In this document: in pieces, positions 18,100-34,289 of the stretch | Numbering within the stretch: the stretch's first letter is position 1 | How the letters are laid out: each line of letters opens with the position of its first letter | Assembly: GCA_009914755.4 (NCBI GenBank) | Contig: CP086569.2 | Coordinates: forward strand, 6,528,001-6,592,000 | DNA length: 64,000 nucleotides | Source of the DNA: the human T2T-CHM13v2.0 reference genome, Homo sapiens | Direction of reading: 5' to 3' | Translations under genes and position numbers: made by a program | Notes under the pieces: model-generated | Database searches by the model: none | What the model saw: the letters and a program-made list of their open reading frames with translations, nothing else | What the model was told of the DNA's origin: nothing

Positions 18100-19440
18100 T
18101 CGAGATACTTACCAGTTTTTCTGCCCTGACTAGACATGGGTAACTTTAGCCACTTATCCTGGGGGATTAACCTGATCTTCAACTCTTTCCATAGCTTGTG
18201 CTTCCTGTCCTAGACTGTGTACTACAAAAAATTGTAATCCTCTTACTATAATCGTTCACAACCCTAATTCAGCTCAATGGTACTATGGCATGTCATGAGG
18301 ATTAAGGCTTTATATCCTGGGATTTGATGTTGGAACTATGTTCACCATCCAAAAAAAAATCTTAATCTCATGGAGGCCTCCTAAGCCAATTAAGCCTTTA
18401 ACTGATCTAGGCAACCCTATGTTCTAAAAACACCCAGACAAAAGCGATTTAACTCTTCTGCCACCATTCCTAGTTCCTAAACCCCAGCTGCAACGACATC
18501 TCCAACCCAGCCTGATGTCCATACTGGGGGGGTACTTCACCTCCTTAATCTCACCCAGCCTAAACTAGCTCAAGATTGTTGGCTATGCCTGAAGGACAAG
18601 CCCCCTTATTATGTGGGCTTAGGAGTAGAAGCCATGCTTAAAAGTGTTCCACTATCTTGTCATGCATGACCCCATGCCCTTATGCTAGGAGATGTGTCAT
18701 GTCTAGGAATGCTTCTTGTCTAATTAGCACTGGATATAACTTATCTGGTTCTCCCTTTCAGGCTACTTGTAATCAATCCCTGCTTACTTCCTTAAGTACT
18801 TCAGTCTCTTATCGGGCACCTAACAATACCTAGTTAGCCTGCACTTCAAGTTTCACTCGCTGCATCAATGGAACTGAACTAGGACATCTCCTGTGCACGT
18901 TAATTCCTGTACTTCCTCAGGTATTGTGTACAGTGGACCAGAAGGACAACTCCTCATCACTCCCACTGAATTGCATCCCAGGTTTCACTAAGCCGCCCTG
19001 CTCCTAGCTCCCCTCCTGGCCAGCCTTAGCATAGCTGGATCAGCAGCCATCAGCACAGCTGCCCTAGTTCAAGGAGAAACTAGACTAATGTCTCTGTCTC
19101 AACAGGTAGATGCTGATTTAAGCAACCTCCATCCAGCCATAGATATACTGCATACCCAAATAGAGTCTCTGGCTGAAGTAGTTCTTCCTCTCCCAAGAAG
19201 GTTTATGCACAGCCCTAGGAGAGAGTTGTTGCTTCTCTGCCAATCAGTCTGGAGTCATAAAAGATACTCTTCAAAATATTCGAGAAAATCTAGATAGACA
19301 CCAACAAAAGCGAGAAAATAACATCCCCTGGTATCAAAGCATGTTTAACTGGAATCCATGGCTAACTACTCTAGTCACAGGTAGCTGGACCCCTTCTCCT
19401 CCTGCTGTTAGGCTTAATCTTCAAGCTGTATATATTAAAC
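18100..19440 (+). pseudogene. ERV env remnant (SU with CWLC motif; TM with fusion peptide, heptad region and CX6CC-like segment)
   Basis: 18570-18625 encodes QDCWLCLKDKPPYYVGLG. 19000-19440 encodes LLLAPLLASLSIAGSAAISTAALVQGETRL.SLSQQVDADLSNLHPAIDILHTQIESLAEVVL...GLCTALGESCCF.ANQSGVIKDTLQNIRENLDRHQQKRENNIPWYQSMFNWNPWLTTL, frameshifted relative to intact TM proteins. Confidence 0.8.
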
Positions 19441-19911
19441 TGGTTTCTTAATTTTGTAAAAACAGTGCATAGCTTCTGTCAAGCTTATGTATCTTAAAAC
19501 CCAATATGACTCCCTTGTTATAACTGAGGAATCAACAATTTTATTCCACAAAAACACAAGTGAGGAATGTAATACCTAATCTTGTTTTTAACATGAATAG
19601 ACTCTCCATTAGCTATATAACCTTGTTTTAATATGAATAGACTCTCCCTTAGCTGAGAAAACCTGATGGACTCCATTTAGCTCCTTCATTTGCAAGACAT
19701 CAAGGACTCCTTACCCACCCCCTTCCTCAAGGAGTTAACTTGTGTAAGCTGACTCTTAGCATATCAAAGAGTCCAATTAACTGATAAGGTACTGTGGCAA
19801 GCAATGTCCCTAGTTCCCAGGAATTCACTCGAGAGATAGCACCATAAAGTCCCTGTGTTTCTGTCCAGCAGAACCCTCACACCTATCACTTTGTGATGAA
19901 TTTAAAGCCCC
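19441..19911 (+). mobile_element. Partial 3' LTR (U3) of the ERV, truncated by an L1 fragment; contains a ~33-bp tandem duplication
   Basis: Follows env stop. ttttaacatgaatagactctccattagct / ttttaatatgaatagactctcccttagct are adjacent near-identical units (19575-19660). Body interrupted at ~19912. Confidence 0.5.
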
Positions 19912-20530
<619 letters not shown>

Positions 20531-20883
20531 AAGACACACTGATTATTTCTGCATTGGTATTACAGACCAAAATGCAAACTAGCCCAAGGCTGGTGCAATA
20601 GACACTGCAACTGAATATGAAATGAGTGACTAAAAGTTGAAAAGAACCATTAACTAGACCCACCAGCTGGAATATTCTGTTTTGCGCTCGTCCTTTTCTT
20701 CCCCACCCCACCATACCTTTGTCTTCCATGAGTTATTTCTGCTGCATGTTACTGTATTTTTTTCAACCAGCTTTGGCAGAAAGATGTAGTATTTCAAGTG
20801 CTTAATATAAGATTATTCATGTTTTCTTCTTGGTGTTTTCTAATTCCATCCTTCAGTGTTAGACAAAGACATACAAAGTGGTC

Positions 20884-21090
20884 TGGGCATGGTAGCTCAC
20901 AGCTTTCATCTCAGCACTTCAAGAGGCCAAGGTGGGAGGATTGCTTAAGCCCTTGAGTTCAAGATCAGCCTGAGCAACATAGTGAGAACCACATCTCTAC
21001 AAAAAATTTAAAAATTAGCAGGGCATTGTGGCACATGCCTGTAGTTCCAGCTACTCAGGAACCTGAGGTGAGAGGATTGAAGTAGGTGGG
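20884..21090 (+). mobile_element. Alu fragment (3'-truncated)
   Basis: Reads ggtctgggcatggtagctcacagctttcatctcagcacttcaagaggccaaggtgggaggattgcttaagcc...aaaaattagcagggcattgtggcacatgcctgtagttccagctactcagga. Confidence 0.75.
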
Positions 21091-21821
21091 GAGGAGCAGG
21101 GAGTCATTATAGATGCCAGAGCAACCCAAGAGAAAAAGGACACATTATAGTTAAAGCTGGGTAAAGGCAGAGATGATTCAAAGAATGCTGGAAGAGTCCA
21201 GTTGTGGGGAAAGAGGTCCCAAGCAGGGGCAGTGGGGCTGGAAGAAAAGGGTAGATGAATATGGGTGGCAAAGGCAAAAGGGGCTGGATGGGAAGCTTGT
21301 GGGGATTTGTTGGGTGTTGGTGCAGAGGAGAAGTAGTCACAGAAAGTTTCAAGGCTAAAGTCTTGGAAACTGAGAAAAGGTTGTCTATCTGACAAAAGTT
21401 GGAAATTCAGTAATGGGGACAGAATTTCCTTGTTGGGTCAAGTGTATGATCTGGGCCAGATAATCACTGAGAGTCCACAGATACAGACCAAAGCCCCTAA
21501 GGCAGTCTCACTCCTTCCACAGAGGGAAAGAAGAGAGCAACATGATGCACAGAAGAATGATGGTCTGCTGCTAGGCCTGACACAGGACACCTGTCACATT
21601 TGTTTATGGAACACTTAGCTCTTTGGGGCTCCCAGGGACTAAAGTGTGTGCCTCAAAACATACCCTATAGGCTGCCTATTTCTATAAATCAACTAAATAA
21701 TGCATTAGCTTCAGTCAGATTACTCTCAACAGTGGAAATGGTGACCTACTTCTAGTGACCCACCTGTGTGCAGAGCTGCAAGTCTTCTCAGTAAGAACAC
21801 AGCCTCTCAAGTGTCCTTGAT

Positions 21822-21907
21822 GGCCATCAAACTCCGGACCTCAACTGACTCCCCTGCCTCGGCTTCCCAAAGTTCTGGGATTACAAGCATGAGCCACCAC
21901 ATTGGCC
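21822..21907 (-). mobile_element. Alu fragment (5' part of an antisense Alu) followed by long poly-T
   Basis: Reads ctccggacctcaactgactcccctgcctcggcttcccaaagttctgggattacaagcatgagccaccacattggcc then T-run 21908-21948. Confidence 0.8.
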
Positions 21908-21948
21908 TTTTTTTTTTTTTGGTCGGTTTTTTTTTTTTTTTTTTTTTA

Positions 21949-22412
<464 letters not shown>

Positions 22413-22444
22413 TATTTTTCATTTTTTAAGCAATGCAGTCTCTC

Positions 22445-22532
22445 TACGTTGACCACATGATCACTCAGGTGATCCTCCTGCCTCAGCCTCCCAAAGTGCT
22501 GGGATTGCAGGCATGAGCCATGGCACCTGGCC
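22445..22532 (-). mobile_element. Alu fragment (antisense)
   Basis: Reads cactcaggtgatcctcctgcctcagcctcccaaagtgctgggattgcaggcatgagccatggcacctggcc. Confidence 0.8.
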
Positions 22533-22584
22533 ATGGAGCACAGTTTTGCTGACATCTTGATATTACCCAATGTGTTTTTCTTTT

Positions 22585-23185
22585 CAGAAAAACAGAACCC
22601 ATATGATACATATAAAGGCATTCAGTTTTAAGGTATTGGCTCATGAGATTATGGAGGCTGAGAAGCCTATGATCTGCTGTCTGCAAGCTGCAAGACTAGT
22701 GGAATAGTTCAAAAGCCTGAGAGATAAAGAGCCAATAGTGTAGACTCCAATTTAGGTCTGAAGGCCTGAGCACCTCGAGCCCAGAGGACACTTCAATGTC
22801 CCAGCTCAAGCTGTCAGTCAGAAGAAGGGCAAATACAGCTATCCTCTCTCTATGTGCTCTGTTCCGGCCCTCAGTGGGTTGGGAGGGTGCCCACAACACC
22901 AGGGAGAATGATCTACTTTGCCCAGTTCAGCGATTCAAATGCTAAATGTCATCTGGAAACACCCTGAAAGAGACATCCAGAAAAAATGTTTAAGCAGTTA
23001 TGTGAACATCCTGAGGTCCAGCCAAGTTGACACGTAGAATTAACCATCATCCCCAGTGACACTCTTTCAGGATTTTGGACCTCCAGAACTATCAGATAAT
23101 ACATGTGAACTGTTTAAACCACTAAGTTTGTGGTAATATATTACAGCAGTGACAGGAAGCTAATGCAGCCCCTAACCCAAAAATC
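22585..23185 (+). mobile_element. Ancient mammalian-wide LINE-1 (L1M-type) 3'-end fragment
   Basis: Contains hallmark L1M 3'UTR strings: ggctcatgagattatggaggctgagaagcc...ttcaaatgctaaatgtcatctggaaacaccctgaaagagacatccag...cagccaagttgacacgtagaattaaccatcatcc, then tttggacctccagaactatcagataatacatgtgaactgtttaaaccactaagtttgtggtaatatattacagcag. Assignment is from memory of consensus, not a search. Confidence 0.5.
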
Positions 23186-23769
23186 AACTTTTCTCCTTTG
23201 TAAAATGATCATGATATTTCCCCAACCACCTCATACGTTACTATGACAATCAGTGACAGAATGTTTGAATATGTTTTGAAACTATAAAAGCCTTGCCAGA
23301 ACAAAATCTGCTGCCCCTTTTGATCTAGTACTTTTCCTATCCACTCAGTTCTTCCTTTGCTGACTAGTTTCTGCTCCTCTCAGCGTACATTTGATTTGGG
23401 CAAGTCTTTCCAATCACCTTCACCTTGTCTGAATGGGTGGCTGGGCCTGAGGCACTGGCCATTTCTGCTTTTTAGAATCCATCATCATCATCAAATACAG
23501 TAAGCTTTATTTAATATTTTGGTATTTTGTTCACAATGGAATATCTGCATAATTTTTGCCTTTTAAAATATGGCATTAAAGGACCATCCAAGCAACAGGA
23601 AGAGAGCTTCCTGTCCAGTGAGGCTTGAGCGACTGAAACAGTGGCCCAGAATGCATTGCGATGGCGGTAGGCATGTGGGAGGCGGAACCAGGGCCGGAAG
23701 TAGAACCGTGTGGCCACTGCCGCAGCTTTTGCAGCTGGGTACTGAGTCCACCTAATGTAAAATCAGCAT

Positions 23770-24298
<529 letters not shown>

Positions 24299-24311
24299 GT
24301 GTTGGGATTCT

Positions 24312-24408
24312 CTCAGGATGGTGGCAGAAATATTAAAGGGAAGTATTAGGGAAATCACTCAGGATGGTGGCAGAAATATTAAAGGGAAATACTAGGGAAG
24401 GTTATAGA
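24312..24408. repeat. Tandem duplication of a ~45-bp unit (2 copies, ~94% identical)
   Basis: ctcaggatggtggcagaaatattaaagggaagtattagggaaat / cactcaggatggtggcagaaatattaaagggaaatactagggaag. Confidence 0.85.
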
Positions 24409-24962
24409 GAATAGTCACGACCTTTTTGGAAGGCTGAAAGGTTATATAGCTTGTAATAATTGAACAGGCTGAAGGTGGCCATTTCTTACCTTAGAGCATT
24501 AGGTCATAGGGTAAATACTAGGGTCAATAGAGGTTTCCACAGTTAAGTCTGTTTACCCTACCTCCATTAACTAACCATTGAGCCAGATGGCCCTCTGTGG
24601 GCAGGCGGGCAAGGAGGTCGACCAGGAAAATTGTCTGTAATGGTATTTACTTTAGACCTCGGTATCTGAGGTTAAACATTCGTAGAATACTCTCTTAACC
24701 ATGTTAATTATCCACAGGTGTGTTTACTCAAAGCTTCTGTTGTTAATTCTGTACTAAATAAATGCCTAGAGTGCAAACTGCTGAGGGCTATGGCTGCCAT
24801 TCTTTACAGGACTCTCCTTGGAGTCTGTGAGAGGCCTCGGACCCTCAGCTGGATTGGCAAAGCAGAGTATCTATGTGTCAGTGTACTTTATTCTTCCATC
24901 GCTGGGTCAGGGGTCTGTAAGGGACAGATTCCCCACAGCTAGTGCCCTGGTGAAAGGAGTGC

Positions 24963-25462
<500 letters not shown>

Positions 25463-25929
25463 AGTGGCATTTAATAAGAACTTGATCCTCTACAGAAACT
25501 CTTTATGGACAAGATTAGAGAATACAAATCTAAGCGACAGACATCTGGAGGACCTGTTGATACCAGTCCACAGTATCAGCAAGTGCTGGAGAGGGAGCTT
25601 TTAAGCTTGAGCAAATATATGATAAAGTAGACATGAATAGGTTCCCCACTTCAAATTTGAAGATCCCAAATTTGAAGTCATTGAAAAACCCCAGGCCTGA
25701 AGAGATAAAGTAAAATTAATCTGGTACTTTGTCATGAGTTACTTGTACAACTAGTTAGAAGTTTCAGAATAAACATACATTTCATAACTGTCAAAAATAA
25801 ATAAATAAAATATGGCATTATAATATTATATATCTTGATGACTGCATTTTTGGCACTCCCTTAAACTTGTTTCACCCTAGTGTCCCACCTTATATTTACC
25901 TGCCAAAGTTAAGGACACATGCCTGGGAG

Positions 25930-26619
25930 ATTGGTTGTATTAAGGTTCTCTACACAGATAGAACTAATGGAATATATATGCATATAAAAGGGAGTTTATT
26001 AAGTATTAACTCACATGATCACAAGGTCCCACAATAGGCCCTTTGCAGGCTGAGGAGCAAGGATGGCCAGTCCGAGTTCCAAAACTGAAGAACTTGGACT
26101 TCCATGTTTGAGGGCAGAAACATCCAGCATGGGAAAAAGATGTAGTCTCGGAGGCTAGGCCAGTCTCTCCTTTCTGCCTGCCTATATTATAGTTGCACTG
26201 GCTGCTGATTACTAGTGCCTTTCCCAGTCCACTGACTCAATGTTAATCTCCTTTGGCAACATCCTCAAAGACACACCCAGGATCAATAATTTGTATCCTT
26301 CAATCCAGTCAAGTTGACACTCAGTATTAACCATCACAAGTCCACACCTTGTCAACGTGAGCCCATACACATCTCCTGAGATTATGTTAGGTCATAATTA
26401 TGGCTAACATAATACAATTATCCTTCGTACGACTGGAAATGCACCAATCCCCAACCCAAATGCTATTACATAAGGTTAATATACTTAAATGGTCATATGA
26501 AGTCAATATATCTTATGTCACATGATAAAGGAGAAAGAAAATAAAATGAAGATATTTTCTTAGTACAGGTGTATACATGCACCAACATGTTTTTAACAAA
26601 AGAAGGAGGAAATGCTGAT

Positions 26620-26620
<1 letters not shown>
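25930..26620 (+). mobile_element. Ancient LINE-1 (L1M-type) 3'-end fragment
   Basis: Reads ctcacatgatcacaaggtcccacaataggc...gactcaatgttaatctcctttggcaacatcctcaaagacacacccaggatcaataatttgtatccttcaatccagtcaagttgacactcagtattaaccatcacaag. Same family signature as 22585-23185, from memory of consensus. Confidence 0.5.
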
Positions 26621-30221
<3,601 letters not shown>

Positions 30222-30237
30222 TATATTCATGTTTATA

Positions 30238-30604
30238 TGCGATATGGTTTGGCACCCAAATGTCATCTTGAATTGGAACTCCCACAATTCCCATGTGTTG
30301 TGGAAGGAATCTATTGGGAGGTGACTTAATTATAGGGGCAGGTCTTTCCTGTGCTGTTCTAAGGAGAGTGAATGAGTTTCACAAGATCTGATGGTTTTCA
30401 AAAATGGGAGTTTCCCTATACAAGCTCTCTCTCTTTGCCTACTGCCATTCATGTAAGAGATGAGTTGCTTCTCCTTATCTTCCACTGTGACTATTAGGCT
30501 TCCCCAGCCTCATGGAACTGTAAGAGAAATTAAACCTCTTTCTTTTGTAAATTGCCCAGTCTTGGGTATGTCTTTATCAGCAGTGTGAAAATGGACTAAT
30601 ACAA
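30238..30604 (+). mobile_element. MaLR (THE1/MST-like ERVL-MaLR) solo LTR
   Basis: Reads tgcgatatggtttggcacccaaatgtcatcttgaattggaactcccacaattcccatgtgttgtggaaggaatctattgggaggtgacttaattataggggcaggtctttcctgtgctgttct...cagcctcatggaactgtaagagaaattaaacctctttcttttgtaaattgcccagtcttgggtatgtctttatcagcagtgtgaaaatggactaatacaa. Co-linear with the THE1/MST consensus (TGATATGGTTTGG...GGACTAATACA). Confidence 0.8.
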
Positions 30605-30800
30605 TGTGCATATATGTAGAATAATATATATACACACTATGTACATACCATATATATGTATGTATACATACATGTATATATACACAGAGATGCACACACA
30701 TACATATATACACATACATATACATACAATTATATATGCACATACATACACATACATATGTATATACACATACTTATATACATAATACATACACACACAC
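30595..30800. repeat. (TA)/(CA)-rich low-complexity microsatellite-like tract
   Basis: Reads atatatgtatgtatacatacatgtatatatacacag...catacatatgtatatacacatac. Yields the YIYIY/CMCVH ORFs 30510..30907. Confidence 0.9.
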
Positions 30801-30834
30801 AGATAGTTAAAAAATTAGGACCTAACTATTGCCT

Positions 30835-30955
30835 AGGCAGGCGGGCAGTGGTGTTTATCACAGCCCTCTGCAGCCTCAAACTCCTGGGCTCAAGCAGTCC
30901 TACCTAAGCATCTTCCCAAAGCGCTGGGATTATGGAGTGAGACACCATGCTGACC
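30835..30955 (-). mobile_element. Alu monomer-like fragment (antisense)
   Basis: Reads ggcagtggtgtttatcacagccctctgcagcctcaaactcctgggctcaagcagtcctacctaagcatcttcccaaagcgctgggattatggagtgagacaccatgc. Confidence 0.6.
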
Positions 30956-31090
30956 TACACATTTTAAGTACAAGCCTTCATCTGATATGGATTTTGCAAA
31001 TATTTGCTTGCACTCTGTGATGTGTTTTTTTCACTGTATTAAATGTCTTTTGTACACTTCTAAAGTTCTACTGATGTCTAACATCGTTTC

Positions 31091-31350
31091 TTTTTTTTTT
31101 TTGTCCGAGATGGAGTCTTGCTCTGTCACTTAGGCTGGAGTGCAGTGGCACCATATTGGCTCAGTGCAACCTCCGCCTCCAGGGTTTAAGCAATTTTAAT
31201 GCCTCAGCCTCCCCAGTAGCTGCGATTACAGGCATGCACCACCACGCCTGCTAATTTAATTTTTGTGTTTTTAGTAGAGATGGGGTTTCACCATGTTGGC
31301 TCATCTTGAACTCCTGAGCCTCATGCTCTCAAAGCAGTGGGTGGCTCACA
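31091..31350 (-). mobile_element. Alu SINE (antisense, internally shortened)
   Basis: PolyT + gtccgagatggagtcttgctctgtcacttaggctggagtgcagtggcaccatattggctcagtgcaacctccgcctccagggtttaagc...tagtagagatggggtttcaccatgttggctc. Confidence 0.85.
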
Positions 31351-31409
31351 TCGCTTATTTTTTCTTTGATGCATCATGCTTTTGCTACTCTATCTAATAA
31401 GTCATCACA

Positions 31410-31720
31410 GGCTGCATGTGGTGCCTCACATCTGTAACACTACCAGTTTGGGAGGCTGAGGTGGGCGGATCAGTTAGGGTCAGGAGTTCAAAACCAGCAC
31501 GGCCAACATGTTGAAACCCCATTTCTACTAAAAATAGAAAACAAAACAAACAAACAAAAATAATTAGCTGGCTGTGGTGGCAGGTGCCTGTAATCCCAGC
31601 TACTTGGGAGACTAAGGCAGAATTGCTTGAATCGGCAGAAGCTGCAGTTAGCCAAGATGGCACCACTGCACTCCAGACTGGGCAACAAAGTGAGAGACTC
31701 TGTCTCCAAAAAAAAAAAAG
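31410..31720 (+). mobile_element. Alu SINE with A-tail
   Basis: Reads ggctgcatgtggtgcctcacatctgtaacactaccagtttgggaggctgaggtgggcggatc...gccaagatggcaccactgcactccagactgggcaacaaagtgagagactctgtctccaaaaaaaaaaaa. Confidence 0.9.
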
Positions 31721-31956
31721 TAATTGCCGAACCCAAGGTTGTCTAGGTTTTCTCCTATGTTATCTTCTGGGAGTTTTTATAGTTTTGTCTTTTACATTTA
31801 GGGCTATTGTCTATTTTATTTTTTGTGAAAGGTATAAAGTCTATGTCTAGAGTTTTGTTTTTTGTTTTTTTTTTTTGCATATGATGTCCTGTTGTTCCAG
31901 CACCGTGAGTTAAAAAGAATGAACTGCCTTTGCTCCTTGCTCAAAGATTAGTTGAG

Positions 31957-32166
31957 GTGGGGTGCTATGGCTCAAGCCTCTAATCACAGCAATTTGGGAA
32001 TGTGAGGCAGACAGTTTGACACAGTCTGGGGTAACATGGTGAGATCTCAACTCTACAAAAAATGCAAAACACTTAGGCATGCTGGTGCTCGCCTGTAGAC
32101 TCAGCTACCTGGCAGACTGAGGTAGGAGGCTGTAGTGAGCTGAGACCACACCACTGCATTCCAGAC
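31957..32166 (+). mobile_element. Old Alu (AluJ-like), 3'-truncated
   Basis: Reads gggtgctatggctcaagcctctaatcacagcaatttgggaatgtgaggcagacagtttgac...cctgtagactcagctacctggcagactgaggtaggaggctgtagtgagctgagaccacaccactgcattccagac. Confidence 0.7.
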
Positions 32167-32188
32167 TTTTTGTGGATTCCTACTGCCT

Positions 32189-32469
32189 TTTTTTTTTTAA
32201 GATGTTGTCTTGTTCTGTAGCCCAGGCTGGTGGCCTGATCTCTCACTGCAATCTCCACCTCCCAGGATCAAGCTATCCTCCTGTCTCAGCCTCCTGAGCA
32301 GCTGGGATTACAGGTGCAAGTCACCACGCCCAACTAATTTTGTATTTTAAGTGGAGACGGGGTTTCACCGTATTGATTAGGCTGGTTTCAAACTCCTGAC
32401 CTCAGGTGATCCACCCACCTGGGCCTCCCAAAGTGCTGGAATTACAGGCATGAGCCACTGCACCCAGCC
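32189..32469 (-). mobile_element. Alu SINE (antisense)
   Basis: PolyT + aagatgttgtcttgttctgtagcccaggctggtggcctgatctctcactgcaatctccacctcccaggatcaagc...cctcccaaagtgctggaattacaggcatgagccactgcacccagcc. Confidence 0.9.
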
Positions 32470-32502
32470 CCTACTGGCTTTTAATTTGAATTCTGGATAC
32501 TC

Positions 32503-32935
<433 letters not shown>

Positions 32936-34002
32936 CTAGTGCAGTGGGTATCTGTGGAAATTATTGTGGCTCGCTTTGTCAGAATGCACTAGCTCCTTCC
33001 AACTTTATTTTCTTGTTTTCTCCCACCTGGTAGGACTGCACATTTGAAAAATTCGAAGCATTAAATAACACAGTCTATCACTTATCTACCGCCCACCTAA
33101 CATTTCAGAAAGAGGAATTTTGGTGATTGCATGATAAATAGAGGAGTTCTGTCTTCCTGCCTTAGTGTTACAGTGTCCTTTGGTGTTCTATAAGCCTATG
33201 ATAAAAGCTATTGACTATAAGGGCAGTAAACCCGGTGGGATACAGGCAGGATGGATTCTGAGCTGTTTTGCAGTTAGCTACAGAAGATCAGCTGCAAAAC
33301 TTGGCTACCCTGTGCTCCCGTTTTAGAGTGAGGATTTCCATCACTTTCTCCTACTTTAAAAGATTGACATCTGCCAAGTAATTAGAACATACAAAGAGGT
33401 CTTTTAACCAAGTTCAGTTTGGAATTTCCAAGCGCTAAGCAGGGGTGGCAGGCTAGGAGGACGGTTTGGCTGTGCAGCTACTTGAGAGGGTGCGGTAGCC
33501 GAGGGCTGCGTCCTTGTTAAGTCCAGAGCTGTAAAGACTTCTACTCTTTACTTTCCAAAACTGAACGAGCAAGGCTATAGAAGAATCAATTAACCGCAAA
33601 GTGACCCTACAGGCGGAAAAAATACAGCGCTTCCACCAGAAGGCGGTGGGGGAAGGGAAGCACGTGTAGCCAGGGTAGGGTTGCATCATGAGCTCGCTTG
33701 GGTTTTCTCTTGCACCCTTCGTTTTTCGATTGCATGCAATACCTCAGCATCAGTTTACACAAGCCCAGGGAGTCCGGGAGCAATGAAGGGCAGGCTCAGT
33801 GGAAGGTCCCAAGTCTGTCTGGAGACCTTTGAATGGCAGCTGATAAGACATAATAAGACACAATCTGTTCTGCTGATTCACAATTATGGAGACTGTGTAT
33901 GTGTATTTTTTTATCGATGTGCTCTAATGATGGTGTAGCAACCGTGATTTCATATCATTGATGTTTTTACAGCAATATTTCGCAGGGTAATTTTCAGGTC
34001 TG

Positions 34003-34133
34003 CTTTTTTGTTGGAGGATCGACCCCTTAAAAATTCATCTCGGGTTCCCGTCCCCCCACAACCTGAGCTTTTTTGTTGGAGGATCGACCCCTTAAAAATT
34101 CATCTCGGGTTCCCGTCCCCCCACAACCTGAGC
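34003..34133. repeat. Perfect tandem duplication, 2 x ~65 bp, ~150 bp upstream of the CpG island
   Basis: cttttttgttggaggatcgaccccttaaaaattcatctcgggttcccgtccccccacaacctgag occurs twice in direct succession (34003-34067 and 34068-34132) with no mismatch. Confidence 0.95.
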
Positions 34134-34289
34134 GTCTAACGCGGGAGGAGGAGCAAGTGAGGTTATAAATTGCTGAGTGTACTGGGATCTTAGCACAAAG
34201 CTCATCATATACTAAAAGGAGGGGCAAACTTATTTAAAAATATTCAACACGGCAGGCCTCAGAGGTGCTGGGGAGGGGGAGTGGAAATC

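Larger units (their letters stand above)
15100..19911 (+). mobile_element. Endogenous retrovirus, class I (gamma-retrovirus-like) internal region with partial 3' LTR; 5' LTR and most of gag absent; all genes disrupted
   Basis: Co-linear gag-CA, pol (RNaseH-IN) and env (SU+TM) remnants in the expected retroviral order on the plus strand. See sub-features below. Family not assigned. Confidence 0.8.

Noticed and set aside
30510-30907. ORFs rich in Y/I/C/M/V/H (MCIYNCMYMYVYICMCVHL...)
   Set aside because: Translation of the (TA)/(CA) low-complexity tract.
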